NCBI GenBank assembly: GCA_037127815.1
Contig: JBAXXP010000004.1
Coordinates: 4,647 to 68,646 of the forward strand
DNA: 64,000 bases
From: a bacterium
GTDB lineage: Bacteria; Patescibacteriota; Minisyncoccia; Phycocordibacterales; CAIZLB01
Direction: 5' to 3'
The notes beneath the pieces were generated by a model that was not told the DNA's origin, ran no database searches, and was given only the letters and a program-made list of their open reading frames with translations. Positions within the stretch are counted from its first letter, which is position 1. Each line of letters opens with the position of its first letter. The translations under genes were made by a program, and so were the position numbers. This document shows, piece after piece, positions 9,516 to 20,086 of the stretch.

Positions 9516-10049
9516 TTAAATACTTTTAACCCTAACCTTCATTTGTCTGTCCTTATCAACTCTTGGAAGTTTTAAAGTTAGAATACCTTGTGACTCTATG
9601 GCTTCTGCGTGCTCGATATCAATTTCATGAGGAAGTTGAATAGTTCTTGAGAATGAACCCCAGTATAATTCTCTGTGAAAGTAATCATCATCGGAAACAA
9701 TTTTCTCTTCCTTCCTTATTCCCTTAAGTGTAATGGAGTCTCTAGTTAAATTAATTTCCAAATCTTCCTTTCTAACACCTGGAATCATAGCTTTCACAAT
9801 AACATCATCTTGTGTTTGATACACATCTACAGAAAGCTCACTATCAGCTGATGAATCATCTACCCACGATGAACTATTTTTATCATCAAACTTTGGATAA
9901 ATTTGTGCACTCTTTTTAGAAACTGCTGTAATAGAAGGTCTTACGTTTCTGGCTGCTGTAAAATCAAAATCTTCAGCCTCTTCTAATTGCTCATCTTCAT
10001 CGATGTTTACCGCGCCTGTTAGTCTTTCAAAAAAGGATCTTTTTTTCAT
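9516..10049 (-). CDS. Hsp20/alpha-crystallin small heat shock protein
   Basis: VDVYQT..., RELYWGSFSRTIQLP, GILTLKLP. Confidence 0.93.
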   Translation of the reverse strand: MKKRSFFERLTGAVNIDEDEQLEEAEDFDFTAARNVRPSITAVSKKSAQIYPKFDDKNSSSWVDDSSADSELSVDVYQTQDDVIVKAMIPGVRKEDLEINLTRDSITLKGIRKEEKIVSDDDYFHRELYWGSFSRTIQLPHEIDIEHAEAIESQGILTLKLPRVDKDRQMKVRVKSI

Positions 10050-10201
10050 ATGTGTAAATTTTTTATGTTCTAATTATAAATCATATAAAAGAAAAATGCT
10101 ACATTAATTTGGAATATAGATAAATAAAGAGCGCCGTTCCCTGTGGGAACGGCGCTTACAAAATCGTTTCTCGCTAACTGAATCAACTTCTCGGCTGAAA
10201 C

Positions 10202-10537
10202 TTAAAACCCATTCTGTTCCAACCAGTAAATATACTTCAAATGATCAGGGTTGTTGATGTCAGGCTTTGCCCCTGACTCTCCGCTTTCAAACTTGAGAAT
10301 GTCGAGATATTCTGGTTTACCACCGAACAGTTGCACCAGTCCCTGGATTGGGATGCAAAGATTCTCACGAATTCTCTTTGCTTTCACTCGATCAAATCTT
10401 CCGGCAACAGGTTCTATGTTGATAGAAATAGCGCTAATGCGCTCCATAATCATGTTCTGTTCAACTTCAGGAAGGTATGGGAATTGACGCATGAGATCAA
10501 TACAAATGGCGTTAAAGGCCGTAATAGTTGCATTCAT
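10202..10537 (-). CDS. Hypothetical protein (ORFan)
   Basis: 111-aa ORF with promoter-like TTGACT at 10623-10628 and terminator AGCGCCGTTCCC-TGT-GGGAACGGCGCT. Confidence 0.7.
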   Translation of the reverse strand: MNATITAFNAICIDLMRQFPYLPEVEQNMIMERISAISINIEPVAGRFDRVKAKRIRENLCIPIQGLVQLFGGKPEYLDILKFESGESGAKPDINNPDHLKYIYWLEQNGF

Positions 10538-10688
10538 ATTTAGTTCGTTTCTAGTTTGGTGTTTATGGTTTCAATCAGTACGTTAAGGAACAACAATAGA
10601 AGACTATACTATTTGAGCGTATAGTCAATAAATTAATTTACACCTGGGCTTGGCTGATCGAAATGATAGTTTAAGGAGTAGGCAAAGA

Positions 10689-11426
10689 CTAGAACTGCTT
10701 TATCTGCTTAACTTTCTCCAGTGACAAAATCAACAATATAATAGATATCCAAACAAATGAAAATGCAATAAACATATTCTGCTCATCGCTTATTACAATT
10801 ATGTAATTAAAAATAGTATGTATAACTCCCGCAACAAGTAGCCCAAGAAAGGCTAGTGAGAATTTACCAAATTTTCCCCTATAAAAACCATATCCAATAA
10901 AAATAGAGAATACCCCGGATGCTGCAACATGAAGGAGACTAGCTCCCATAAAACGAGCGGCTCCTGTCATTATGCTTGCAACCAGGTCTCCTCTAAATAA
11001 TGGAGTTAATAAAAATAAAGTATTCTCCATGGCCGCAAAACCAAGTGATACACTCATTAAGTATATAAAACTATCAATAGGGTGATTAAAAATTGTCTTA
11101 CTTCGTAATGCAATAAACCAAGCCCCGCCAAACTTAACAGCTTCCTCAATTAATGCCCAAATATAAATGGCATGTAAGTCACTGTCTTTCAAATTAAAAA
11201 GTCCAACAGATATTTTTTGAAGCGGATACACAACAAAAACTCCACACATTCCTACAACAAAGGACAAAAAGATAATATCCTTAGGTTCTTTGTGATCATT
11301 TGCTTCATGCATCCAAAACCATAACCAAAACATAGCAGGTAAAACACCTCCCACTAAGGCATAGGCAAAAACCTCTATTGCAAACAGAGGAGCTCCTTGT
11401 AATTGGTTTATTAAGTAGTTGGCCAT
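10689..11426 (-). CDS. PrsW family intramembrane metalloprotease
   Basis: EE..K, GFAAMEN, LLH, IHTIFN motifs. Confidence 0.9.
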   Translation of the reverse strand: MANYLINQLQGAPLFAIEVFAYALVGGVLPAMFWLWFWMHEANDHKEPKDIIFLSFVVGMCGVFVVYPLQKISVGLFNLKDSDLHAIYIWALIEEAVKFGGAWFIALRSKTIFNHPIDSFIYLMSVSLGFAAMENTLFLLTPLFRGDLVASIMTGAARFMGASLLHVAASGVFSIFIGYGFYRGKFGKFSLAFLGLLVAGVIHTIFNYIIVISDEQNMFIAFSFVWISIILLILSLEKVKQIKQF

Positions 11427-13816
11427 TTTTCGGTCATTATCAATTCTCGAGTTTTAAGCTCTTTTGGAAGAAGTGACCAAAGTTCTTGAGTTACATGAGG
11501 CATAAATGGATGTAGTGTCTTTACAATCATCGCAAGTGTTTCAAGTAAGAATTTTGCGCGAGATTTTTTCATCGCAACAGCTTCTATATTTGATTCATCG
11601 TTATTTGCAAAAATTTCTTTACTACTTTCTAAAATGACATCAGCAAACTCCTTCCATGTATAATTATACAGGTCTTCTGCAACAATGTGAATCTTTAAAT
11701 TGTCCATATTTGTTGATATCGATTTAAAAACTTCATTTCTCTTTTCAATTAACGCTAAATCAGCTTCAGTGAAAGATATATTTGTCTTATCTTCGTCCAC
11801 ACCGTTACTTGCAACATCATGCATTCCTTCGGTTGAAGTTAAAATAAATCTAGTAACATTCCAAATTTTGTTTGCAAAGTGTTTGTATCCCTTAATTTTA
11901 TTTTCATCGATTTTACTATCAGTTCCTGGTGCTGTTCCAAAAACAAGTGACATTCTACCGGCATCCATTCCAAATTTTTGAGCAATTTCTATTGGATCGA
12001 TTCCATTACCTAATGTCTTTGAAAACTTTCTTCCTTTCATATCACGAACCATTCCAGTGAATAGAACTTTACTGAAGGGTATTGTTCCAAGGACATAACC
12101 TGTCATTAAAATCATACGTGCTACCCAGAAGAAAATAATGTCATGTCCAGTAACAAGAAGGTTTGTTGGATGATATATTGCAAAATCACTTTGTGGATCA
12201 TTTGCTTTTGCAGGCCATCCCATTGTTGAGAAACTCCAAAGACCAGAAGAGAACCATGTGTCTAGCGTGTCTTCATCTTGAATCCATTGATCTGCGTCAT
12301 CGCCAGTTGGAGCTTCTAGTCCGCAATAAATATCAGATTTAGATGCCTCAGAATCTGCCTCCTGATTTATATTAGAACCTTTCTTATACCAAACGGGAAT
12401 TCTGTGTCCGTACCAGATTTGGCGAGAAATACACCAATCGTTCAAATTATCTATCCAATTAAAATATGTTTTAAGGAAGTGCTCAGGCATCATCTCAATT
12501 TGGCCACCCAGAACTGCCTTTTGCATAATTTCCTTTAATGTAGTTTCTGATCCAGATTCTATTCCATCAATATCAGAATGGGGGAGTTTGAATTTTTTAT
12601 TAACAGCAACAAACCATTGAAGCTTAGGAAGTGGCTCAATAATTCCACCAGTACGCTCGGCAGTAGATACTCTTTGATCAATTTCAGTTTCATCAATAAG
12701 TAAATCATTTTCTTTAAGCCAAGCAACAACAAGCTCTCGCGCTTCAGCAACTTTTTTACCAACAATCTCAGGAGAACCAATCATCATGCGAGCTTTTTCA
12801 TCAATAACCTGAACCATAGGTAAACCATGACGCATTGCAATTTGATAGTCAGTCATGCTGTGTGCTGGGGTAATACCAACAGCACCTGTTCCAAAATCCA
12901 TTTCAGCCTCATGGTCTGCAACAATTTTTATTTTAATTGGAGCACCACAAAAATCCATTGAATATTCTTTTCCAACAAACTCCTTATAACGAGGGTCCTC
13001 CGGGTTTACTGCAACAGCAACATCTCCCAGTTTTGTTTCAGGACGAGTTGTTGAAATAGCGATAGGGAAGTCTTTACTATATTTGAAAGTATAAAACTTT
13101 GCCTTTCTGTCTTCATAAACTATTTCATCATCTGAAATTGTTGTTTGACCTTTTGGGTCCCAGTTAATAACTCTATTTTTTTTGAAAATTAGACCATCGT
13201 CATACATTTTTTTGAAAACAGTTCTAACTGCAAAGTTTCTTTCCTCATCTAATGTGAAGGCTTCTCTTGACCAATCAACAGAAGCCCCAATTGTCTGAAG
13301 TTGAGAAACAATTGTATCGTGACTTTGCTTTGCAAAAGTATCAACTCGCTTAAGTAACTCCTCTCTACCTAAATCATGTCTATTCAAACCTTCCGCCTTT
13401 TGAATATTTTTCTCAACCATTGATTGTGTTGCAATTGAGGCATGGTCCGTTCCAGGAATCCAAAGTACTCTATTTCCTTTCATTCGTTTGTATCTAATTA
13501 CGATGTCTTGCGTAGTGAACCCAAGAGCGTGTCCCATATGAAGTGTTCCAGTTACGTTTGGAGGAGGGAGAATAATACTATAAACAGGAGCATCAGCTTT
13601 AGTGATTCCTTCTTTAATACAAACATCTGGATTGTAAAATCCACTTTCACGTTCTTCTTTTTGAACTCGAGGTTCCACCTCAGTTGGATCATAAGGCTTT
13701 AGAAGTTGAGCTGGGATATTTGGGGCATAATGAGTTTTTTGCTCTGATGTGTCCGTTTTCTTATTATTTTCAGTATTTGCATCTGTGTTTGATGCGATGT
13801 TTGTATCTTGGCTCAT
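11411..13816 (-). CDS. valS: Valine--tRNA ligase
   Basis: PPPNVTGTLHMGH, DWCISRQIWYGHRIP, DTWFSS, KFSKT (KMSKS position). Confidence 0.97.
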   Translation of the reverse strand: MSQDTNIASNTDANTENNKKTDTSEQKTHYAPNIPAQLLKPYDPTEVEPRVQKEERESGFYNPDVCIKEGITKADAPVYSIILPPPNVTGTLHMGHALGFTTQDIVIRYKRMKGNRVLWIPGTDHASIATQSMVEKNIQKAEGLNRHDLGREELLKRVDTFAKQSHDTIVSQLQTIGASVDWSREAFTLDEERNFAVRTVFKKMYDDGLIFKKNRVINWDPKGQTTISDDEIVYEDRKAKFYTFKYSKDFPIAISTTRPETKLGDVAVAVNPEDPRYKEFVGKEYSMDFCGAPIKIKIVADHEAEMDFGTGAVGITPAHSMTDYQIAMRHGLPMVQVIDEKARMMIGSPEIVGKKVAEARELVVAWLKENDLLIDETEIDQRVSTAERTGGIIEPLPKLQWFVAVNKKFKLPHSDIDGIESGSETTLKEIMQKAVLGGQIEMMPEHFLKTYFNWIDNLNDWCISRQIWYGHRIPVWYKKGSNINQEADSEASKSDIYCGLEAPTGDDADQWIQDEDTLDTWFSSGLWSFSTMGWPAKANDPQSDFAIYHPTNLLVTGHDIIFFWVARMILMTGYVLGTIPFSKVLFTGMVRDMKGRKFSKTLGNGIDPIEIAQKFGMDAGRMSLVFGTAPGTDSKIDENKIKGYKHFANKIWNVTRFILTSTEGMHDVASNGVDEDKTNISFTEADLALIEKRNEVFKSISTNMDNLKIHIVAEDLYNYTWKEFADVILESSKEIFANNDESNIEAVAMKKSRAKFLLETLAMIVKTLHPFMPHVTQELWSLLPKELKTRELIMTEKWPTT

Positions 13817-14012
13817 ATTTTTATTATTTATATATTTATATTATCACAAAGTAGGGGATTATAAAGGTATAAAGTTGGTATTTAATAGGCTTAAAATCTA
13901 CCCAAAAATAATTGACGTACTATGATTAATATTGTATTGTCTTTGGTGGAAGTGGAACCCGATGTTCCATTATGACCAGATCATTTTAGAACTTAATTGA
14001 TAGAAGTATTTT

Positions 14013-14324
14013 ATGGATATTGTAGTTGGTCAAAGGGCTGTTGTTAACACAGATATGAAACATGCCTATGCTTTATTCGAGCAGTGCTGTTTTCTACCGG
14101 GGCAGAGAATTACCAAGCTGGCGATAAGCTATCTTGGCTCTTGCCCGGTTTGTGGGGCTTCATGCGATCTAATACTTTCTGAGGAGCTTGAAACGGGAGT
14201 GATACGTGCAAAAGAGGACGATTTTTGTAGGCAGTGTGGAAACAGGCTTACAACAGTTGCTCCACAAAAACCTATTAAGCTTTTAGATCAAGAGACAATT
14301 TTTCGTCTCTTTGGTCCGTATTGA
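14013..14324 (+). CDS. Hypothetical zinc-ribbon protein (ORFan)
   Basis: CPVCG and CRQCG pairs; promoter TTGACG-17-TATTGT at 13912-13940. Confidence 0.7.
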   Translation: MDIVVGQRAVVNTDMKHAYALFEQCCFLPGQRITKLAISYLGSCPVCGASCDLILSEELETGVIRAKEDDFCRQCGNRLTTVAPQKPIKLLDQETIFRLFGPY

Positions 14325-14359
14325 TTCAATCAAATCCCAAACAAAGAAAAAATAATTAA

Positions 14360-14680
14360 ATGAGCCCAGAAGAAATTCTAGCGTTTTTTGAAAAGCAAAT
14401 CGTTGACGAAAGGGAGGTGTTGGTTGCAACAAAGCCGATGACCTCTGAACAAGCACGTGAGATTTATCCCTACCGACCATTTTCAAAATATTCCGAGTCT
14501 GGTTGGAGTGGAAATAATCAAATGGACGATTCCGCATTGCTGATGAATGAGTTGGCGGTTCTTTGCAAAATCTGCCGAGCTGCAACTGGGAAGAAATTTG
14601 TTCTGTCGGGCGTCTGTCCTGACTGTAACGGTCGTTCTGAACGACACGCTAACAATCCCCGTAAGTCAGTGAAAAAATAG
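14360..14680 (+). CDS. Hypothetical zinc-ribbon protein (ORFan)
   Basis: CKIC and CPDC pairs; terminator at 14739-14764. Confidence 0.7.
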   Translation: MSPEEILAFFEKQIVDEREVLVATKPMTSEQAREIYPYRPFSKYSESGWSGNNQMDDSALLMNELAVLCKICRAATGKKFVLSGVCPDCNGRSERHANNPRKSVKK

Positions 14681-14779
14681 TAGTATTCTCTACTCGGTAT
14701 AGTTACCGTTATCAAGGTTCAATTCCTTGTACTAAATTAGCGTCGTCTTCGGACGGCGCTTTTTCTTTTATTTAGATAT

Positions 14780-16165
14780 CTAAAGTCCCAAATTCCCATT
14801 AGCCCTAAGCCCCGGATATTCTGTTTGATTCCAAGCTAGATCGCTCTTATTTAATTTTGAAATAAAATGACCATTTGAATATTGTAAAAATCCAGCAATA
14901 CCAATCATTAGTGAATTGTCGGTTGAGAGATTTTTTTCAGGAACAAGTAATGTGACATTTTGCTCTGGATTGGCGTATGTAAATTCATCAGCAATCATTT
15001 TTACAAAAGATTCTTTGATGTATGTGTTTGCAGAAACTCCGCCACCAATAATTAATGTCTTAGCTGAGCTTATCTCTAGCGCTCGTTTTGTTTTAGAAAT
15101 TAAAACGTCAGTTACAGCTTGTTCAAATTCTGCACAAAGCGATGCTTTGTCTGATTCTGTTAATTCTTCCAGCTCACCAGCAACTTTGTTTTTTGTATTA
15201 TCACGAACAGCGTATAGAACAGAAGTCTTTAAACCAGAGAAAGAAAAATCGCAATCTTTTTTTGTAATCATTGGACGAGGTAAGTTCCAAGCAATACCTA
15301 TAGATGCAATGCCAGTAGGATTGTTTTGCAATGGAAACTCTCCATCTCTAAATTTCTTTGCAAGAGCTGAAATTTTTGGCCCACCGGGATATTTTAATCC
15401 AATAATTCTTGCAACCTTATCAAAAGCTTCACCAACTGCATCATCTCTAGTTTGTCCTAGTAGTTTGTAATCACCCCAACCGTTAACCTGTACTAGCTCT
15501 GTGTGACCTCCTGAGATAAGAAGGGCGACAGCGGGGAATAGTATATCTTTTGCAATCACATCTTCTTTGTCAGATGTATTTGCATTTGAATCCAAAAGAA
15601 CAGATGTAATATGCCCCTCCATGTGATTTACTGGAATAATTGGAAGTTGCCAAATATACGCCAGGGCTTTTGCGCCACTTATTCCAACCCATAGTGCTGG
15701 CTCAAGACCAGGGCCTACTGTCACCGCAATAGCATCTATTTCTGGAGCTTCATATTTTGCAAAGAAGTCTAGAAGATCATCGTGCATTATTTGTTCTCTT
15801 TCACCTAGGAATGATAATGAGTCAGTTATATTATTAACCTCAACTACACTAGGAGTTTTTTCAATAAGCATTCCAGCATCAAGAAGTGCAGAAATTAAAA
15901 TAGGTGTGAAATTTTTTATGTGCTCACGCTTTGCAAGAGTAGGAAAGACTCCACCAAAATCTGCATGAGTTTCAGCTTGTGAATATAATGCATTTCCAAG
16001 TACTTTAAAAATTAGCTTTTTATTTGAGGCCTGATTTATTGCACCGAGCGTGTTGTTTATTGTATCAGATTTGTCAGTCACATCTACGGCGTTGGTACCA
16101 AAACTAGCCTCAATTATAGATATTGCGGTTTCGTCACAACTTGTTTCAACTGATAGTATTCTCAT
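14780..16165 (-). CDS. tsaD: tRNA N6-threonylcarbamoyltransferase TsaD
   Basis: ETSCDET, NHMEGH, LLISGGHT, DDAVGEAFDK, FSFSGLKT, TDN. Confidence 0.96.
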   Translation of the reverse strand: MRILSVETSCDETAISIIEASFGTNAVDVTDKSDTINNTLGAINQASNKKLIFKVLGNALYSQAETHADFGGVFPTLAKREHIKNFTPILISALLDAGMLIEKTPSVVEVNNITDSLSFLGEREQIMHDDLLDFFAKYEAPEIDAIAVTVGPGLEPALWVGISGAKALAYIWQLPIIPVNHMEGHITSVLLDSNANTSDKEDVIAKDILFPAVALLISGGHTELVQVNGWGDYKLLGQTRDDAVGEAFDKVARIIGLKYPGGPKISALAKKFRDGEFPLQNNPTGIASIGIAWNLPRPMITKKDCDFSFSGLKTSVLYAVRDNTKNKVAGELEELTESDKASLCAEFEQAVTDVLISKTKRALEISSAKTLIIGGGVSANTYIKESFVKMIADEFTYANPEQNVTLLVPEKNLSTDNSLMIGIAGFLQYSNGHFISKLNKSDLAWNQTEYPGLRANGNLGL

Positions 16166-16336
16166 GTTCCTATTTAACTATATTTTGCTAGATTAGTATA
16201 GTGTTGGCAATTAATAGGCCGAGTTTTAATAAACCAAGTTTACGAAAAGTTTTATCACTATTTACAAGTATAAAAAAAGAGTATAATAGTAATGTAAATT
16301 AATCAGAAATAATTATTAAGCTAATTAAATAAATAT

Positions 16337-16462
16337 ATGAGTAATGGAAGAGGAGGAAGCAGAGGTTGTAATGGAAGACCACAAGCAGCAAGACTAGAGG
16401 CTAAGACTAAAAAGGCTGGAAATAGAGCTGTAAAGAAGCCAAAGAAAATAGTCATAGTTTAA
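16337..16462 (+). CDS. Small basic protein, 41 aa (MSNGRGGSRGCNGRPQAARLEAKTKKAGNRAVKKPKKIVIV)
   Basis: ATG..TAA frame below ORF-track cutoff; TATAAT at 16282 upstream; Lys/Arg/Gly rich. Confidence 0.55.
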   Translation: MSNGRGGSRGCNGRPQAARLEAKTKKAGNRAVKKPKKIVIV

Positions 16463-16496
16463 TATATTATTGTCTTTTGTGTTAAAATAATTAGTA

Positions 16497-18419
16497 ATGA
16501 AAAAAACATTATATTTTGTTTTCCTGTTTCTATTTTTATTATCGTCACACTCCGTTAAGGCCCAGGAAAATAAGGTCTATTTTTATAAAAATTTTGATGT
16601 AAACATATCGGTTCAAAAGGATGCAACATTTACAGTAGAGGAAAAACAACTTTACTCATATAAGGGTAATTTTAATAAAGGTTACAGAGATATCCCACTT
16701 GATAAGTTAAGTGATATAAAAGATATTAGTGTAATCGATGGACAAACAGGTCAGGCACTTATTTATTCATCGTCAATATTAGATAAGACAGACCCATCAA
16801 GTTGGGGAAAATATACATATTATAAAAAAGATGGAGAGATGATTATAGAATGGTATTATAATCTTGCTGATACAGACTATCTTTGGATTTTAAATTACAA
16901 GGTTTATGGGGGCTTGGGATTTTACAATGATCATGACGAGGTATACTGGAATGTATTTACAAATTATGATGTTCCAATTGCATCATCTACTGTTTATGTT
17001 AATTTACCTCCGAATAGTTTTGTATCGACTGACTTTACAACGGCTGCTTATACAAATAGTTCTGCAAATAATCCCCGTAAGTTGTATCGTGACTCTGATC
17101 ATATGTTCGAGTATTTCACCGCTGGACCTTTTTCATCTAAAGAAAATTTTACAATTGCACTTGGTTGGCCAAAGGGACTAATTGATGAGTCTAGTTTTTG
17201 GAAATATTGGTTTTCTGCAAATTGGTCTTATCTTGCATCGGGCTTAATCGTACTTCTTACAATAATTGGACTATTTATATATTGGCTATTTAAGGAAAAA
17301 TTAAAGAAAGGTAGGGGAACAATAATCGCGGAATATGAACCTCCACACAGTCTACCTCCCGCAATGGCAGAGTTAATTGTTACAGAGAGAAATACCCCTC
17401 GTGCTTGGTCTGCAACAATTGTTGATCTAGCTGTTAGGGGGTATGTAAAGATTGAGGAAGAAACTGTATCTTATTCAGGAAAGATTATTAAATTAATATT
17501 TTCATCTCTTTTGATTTTATTTATGGCATTGATATTTATTGCTGATGCTAAGTCATTTTCTGGTGGTGTGTTTGTCGCGGTTATTTTTATTATTATTGTT
17601 GTAAGTACTCTTTTTAAAAAAGATAAAGATTACAAGGTCTTAAAATTAAAAAACTTTGAGTCAGATGAAATATTACATGATTATGAAAAAGGCTTTCTAC
17701 GAGTTCTTTTTGCAGGAAGAGAGAGTTTTTCTACATCGGAAATGAAGGCTGCTTCAAATTCTGAAAAGGTATTGATGCACCGAGATATGGTTGAGCTATC
17801 AAAAAGTCTTTTAGAGGAACTTAGTATTGATGAAACGGCTGAATACGATGTTTCAATAAAGGAGCAGTCTAGGTTTAATTTTATATATGTATTACCATTT
17901 ATTTGTGCCACCGTTGTTTTTGTAATTGTAGCTAATTTTCAAGACGAAGCTTCTACTCCTTATTTGGTGTTAACGGCCGTTATTCTTTGGGCGTTGGCTA
18001 CAATAAGATTTTTTATTAAATATAACCCAAGGCTTTCAAAGGAAGGGATAGTTTTAAGGGAAGAATGGCTAGGTTTTAAATTATATTTAGAAACAGCTGA
18101 GAAATATAGAATGCAAAATCTTACACCAGAAATATTTGAAAAATATCTGCCTTACGCAATTATTTTTAAGGTAGAAAAACAGTGGGCGAAAAATTTTGAT
18201 TCAATTGTTAAAGGTGAGCCTTCTTGGTATGGAAGTGCAAGTCATGGTGTATACGTTGGGAGTATGGCTTCTGGTACGGCGGGGGTTGGTAATTTTTCTG
18301 CGTCTGCATTCTCAACATCATTTAGTTCTAGCTTATCTTCAGCTTTTGCTTCATCTGGTGCCTCAGGCGGTGGAGGGTCAGGTGGTGGGGGTGGAGGAGG
18401 TGGGGGTGGTGCGAGTTGA
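16497..18419 (+). CDS. DUF2207 domain membrane protein
   Basis: Signal peptide, DEVYWNV, FEKYLPYAIIF, Gly/Ser-rich GGGGGAS tail. Confidence 0.9.
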   Translation: MKKTLYFVFLFLFLLSSHSVKAQENKVYFYKNFDVNISVQKDATFTVEEKQLYSYKGNFNKGYRDIPLDKLSDIKDISVIDGQTGQALIYSSSILDKTDPSSWGKYTYYKKDGEMIIEWYYNLADTDYLWILNYKVYGGLGFYNDHDEVYWNVFTNYDVPIASSTVYVNLPPNSFVSTDFTTAAYTNSSANNPRKLYRDSDHMFEYFTAGPFSSKENFTIALGWPKGLIDESSFWKYWFSANWSYLASGLIVLLTIIGLFIYWLFKEKLKKGRGTIIAEYEPPHSLPPAMAELIVTERNTPRAWSATIVDLAVRGYVKIEEETVSYSGKIIKLIFSSLLILFMALIFIADAKSFSGGVFVAVIFIIIVVSTLFKKDKDYKVLKLKNFESDEILHDYEKGFLRVLFAGRESFSTSEMKAASNSEKVLMHRDMVELSKSLLEELSIDETAEYDVSIKEQSRFNFIYVLPFICATVVFVIVANFQDEASTPYLVLTAVILWALATIRFFIKYNPRLSKEGIVLREEWLGFKLYLETAEKYRMQNLTPEIFEKYLPYAIIFKVEKQWAKNFDSIVKGEPSWYGSASHGVYVGSMASGTAGVGNFSASAFSTSFSSSLSSAFASSGASGGGGSGGGGGGGGGGAS

Positions 18420-18555
18420 TATTGTTATCATAGTCAATTACTAATAACTGACTATGATAACAATAATAAAATAACTACCAACTTCTCGAAGGTTGATAAG
18501 ATATGTGATATGCAATATGTGATATAATATTTCTACTTACTATAATTTAATATAA

Positions 18556-20031
18556 ATGAATAAAAAAATATTTCTGTCACTCTTATTGTTGATTGTAATT
18601 CCACTAGTAGGATTTGCTCAACAGGCGGATGTTGATCCACAAGGAGATTCATTGTGCGTGTCTATTTTTAATAATTTGAGATATAGAGCAACGGATGCAA
18701 ATACTAATGCTGAAGTGTCTGTTTTGCAGGATTTCCTGCAAGCTGGGGGATATCTTAAATCAAACCCAGTTGGTTTTTTTGGTATTATGACCACAGCTGC
18801 TGTTAAGAAATTTCAAAAAGAAAATAATATTAGCCCAACAGGATACGTCGGTCCAATAACAAGACAAAAAATTAAAGATCAGTCATGTTCTACAAGCAGC
18901 GATGTGGTTTTTCCGGTAGCTCCAAAAATTCCAACATCGACAACACCTATAGTTAATCGCACGCCAACACAAACCCCCGTTACACCACCTGTAACTAGTA
19001 CTACTATATCGTTACTTTCTCCAAATGGTGGCGAAAAGTTAGTTTCAGGTAGTGCAATTCCAATTACCTGGTCTTTATTGCCTGCTAAAAATGAAGGACT
19101 TTCTATTTATTATATTACCGAAGAAAACTATCAAAAAAGTATAATTGGAAGTCAAAAAACTATTCCATCTTCAGCTGTTTATCTTGGAAAATCAACCTCA
19201 GGCTACTATTGGCAAATACCTACAAATTTATCTGGAGCTTATAGAATTTTGTTGGCATACACCCCTTCAGTTCAAGGAAATTCGAGTATAGCATCGTACA
19301 TTGATTACAGTGACAGTTATTTTAAAATTGCGCCACCTCCTGTAGCAAATACTCCAACTACATCGTTTATAAATGTAATTTCACCAAATGGTGGAGAGGT
19401 GATAAAGCAAGGTTCTGTTGTCAGAATAAAATGGAATGCACCGGGTATTGATAGTGTATATATAAAACTAAGGAAGGGAAATGACACGTATCATAATCCA
19501 AATCCAGATTACAATTCCTATGAGGCATCAATTGCATTACGTGTAAATGCTAATGAAGGATACTTTGACTGGAAAGTGCCAACTTCTTTACCTGATGGCA
19601 AAGACTACGCTATAAGAGTTCTAGATTTAAATGGAGGAAATATTTCTGATGATAGTAATGGTTATTTCACGATTTCATCTGGTACTTCAATAGGAGATTT
19701 TGGATTGCTTTCCGTAAAGTCAGATAAGGCTATTGTTAATTCAGGTGATAAGGTTACTTTAAGTTTTGCTATTAATGACGAGGTTGGAATATTTTCAAAA
19801 ATGCTTATGTATTGTCCATCTGGAGTCACGTCTTCTTTTGGCACTAGTGGTAAGGATTTGTGTAATGTTTGGCGGGATTTCCCAATGACACCATCTACAG
19901 CGGAGGTGATTTTTAGAAATACAAATTCTACACCTCAAACTGTTGTTCCTAATTTTTACGAATATAAGATAAACGATTCTAGTTACATGCACGGTAAGGT
20001 AACGAGTATTGTGGTTAATCCAGTTATATAA
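18556..20031 (+). CDS. Secreted protein with peptidoglycan-binding domain and two SPNGGE Ig-like domains
   Basis: EVSVLQDFL..GFFG.MT.AAVKKFQ..TGYVGPITR; SPNGGE twice. Confidence 0.85.
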   Translation: MNKKIFLSLLLLIVIPLVGFAQQADVDPQGDSLCVSIFNNLRYRATDANTNAEVSVLQDFLQAGGYLKSNPVGFFGIMTTAAVKKFQKENNISPTGYVGPITRQKIKDQSCSTSSDVVFPVAPKIPTSTTPIVNRTPTQTPVTPPVTSTTISLLSPNGGEKLVSGSAIPITWSLLPAKNEGLSIYYITEENYQKSIIGSQKTIPSSAVYLGKSTSGYYWQIPTNLSGAYRILLAYTPSVQGNSSIASYIDYSDSYFKIAPPPVANTPTTSFINVISPNGGEVIKQGSVVRIKWNAPGIDSVYIKLRKGNDTYHNPNPDYNSYEASIALRVNANEGYFDWKVPTSLPDGKDYAIRVLDLNGGNISDDSNGYFTISSGTSIGDFGLLSVKSDKAIVNSGDKVTLSFAINDEVGIFSKMLMYCPSGVTSSFGTSGKDLCNVWRDFPMTPSTAEVIFRNTNSTPQTVVPNFYEYKINDSSYMHGKVTSIVVNPVI

Positions 20032-20086
20032 ATAGCTAAAAAATAAAACAAAAAACTCATGCAAATTATTGCATGAGTTTTTTGTT

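Noticed and set aside
11411-11600. valS ending without the C-terminal coiled-coil arm as a pseudogene
   Set aside because: Catalytic and anticodon domains are intact and the stop overlaps the next gene's start, consistent with a naturally short enzyme.
18360-18416. G-rich run resembling a G-quadruplex or repeat
   Set aside because: It encodes the usual poly-Gly tail of DUF2207 proteins.
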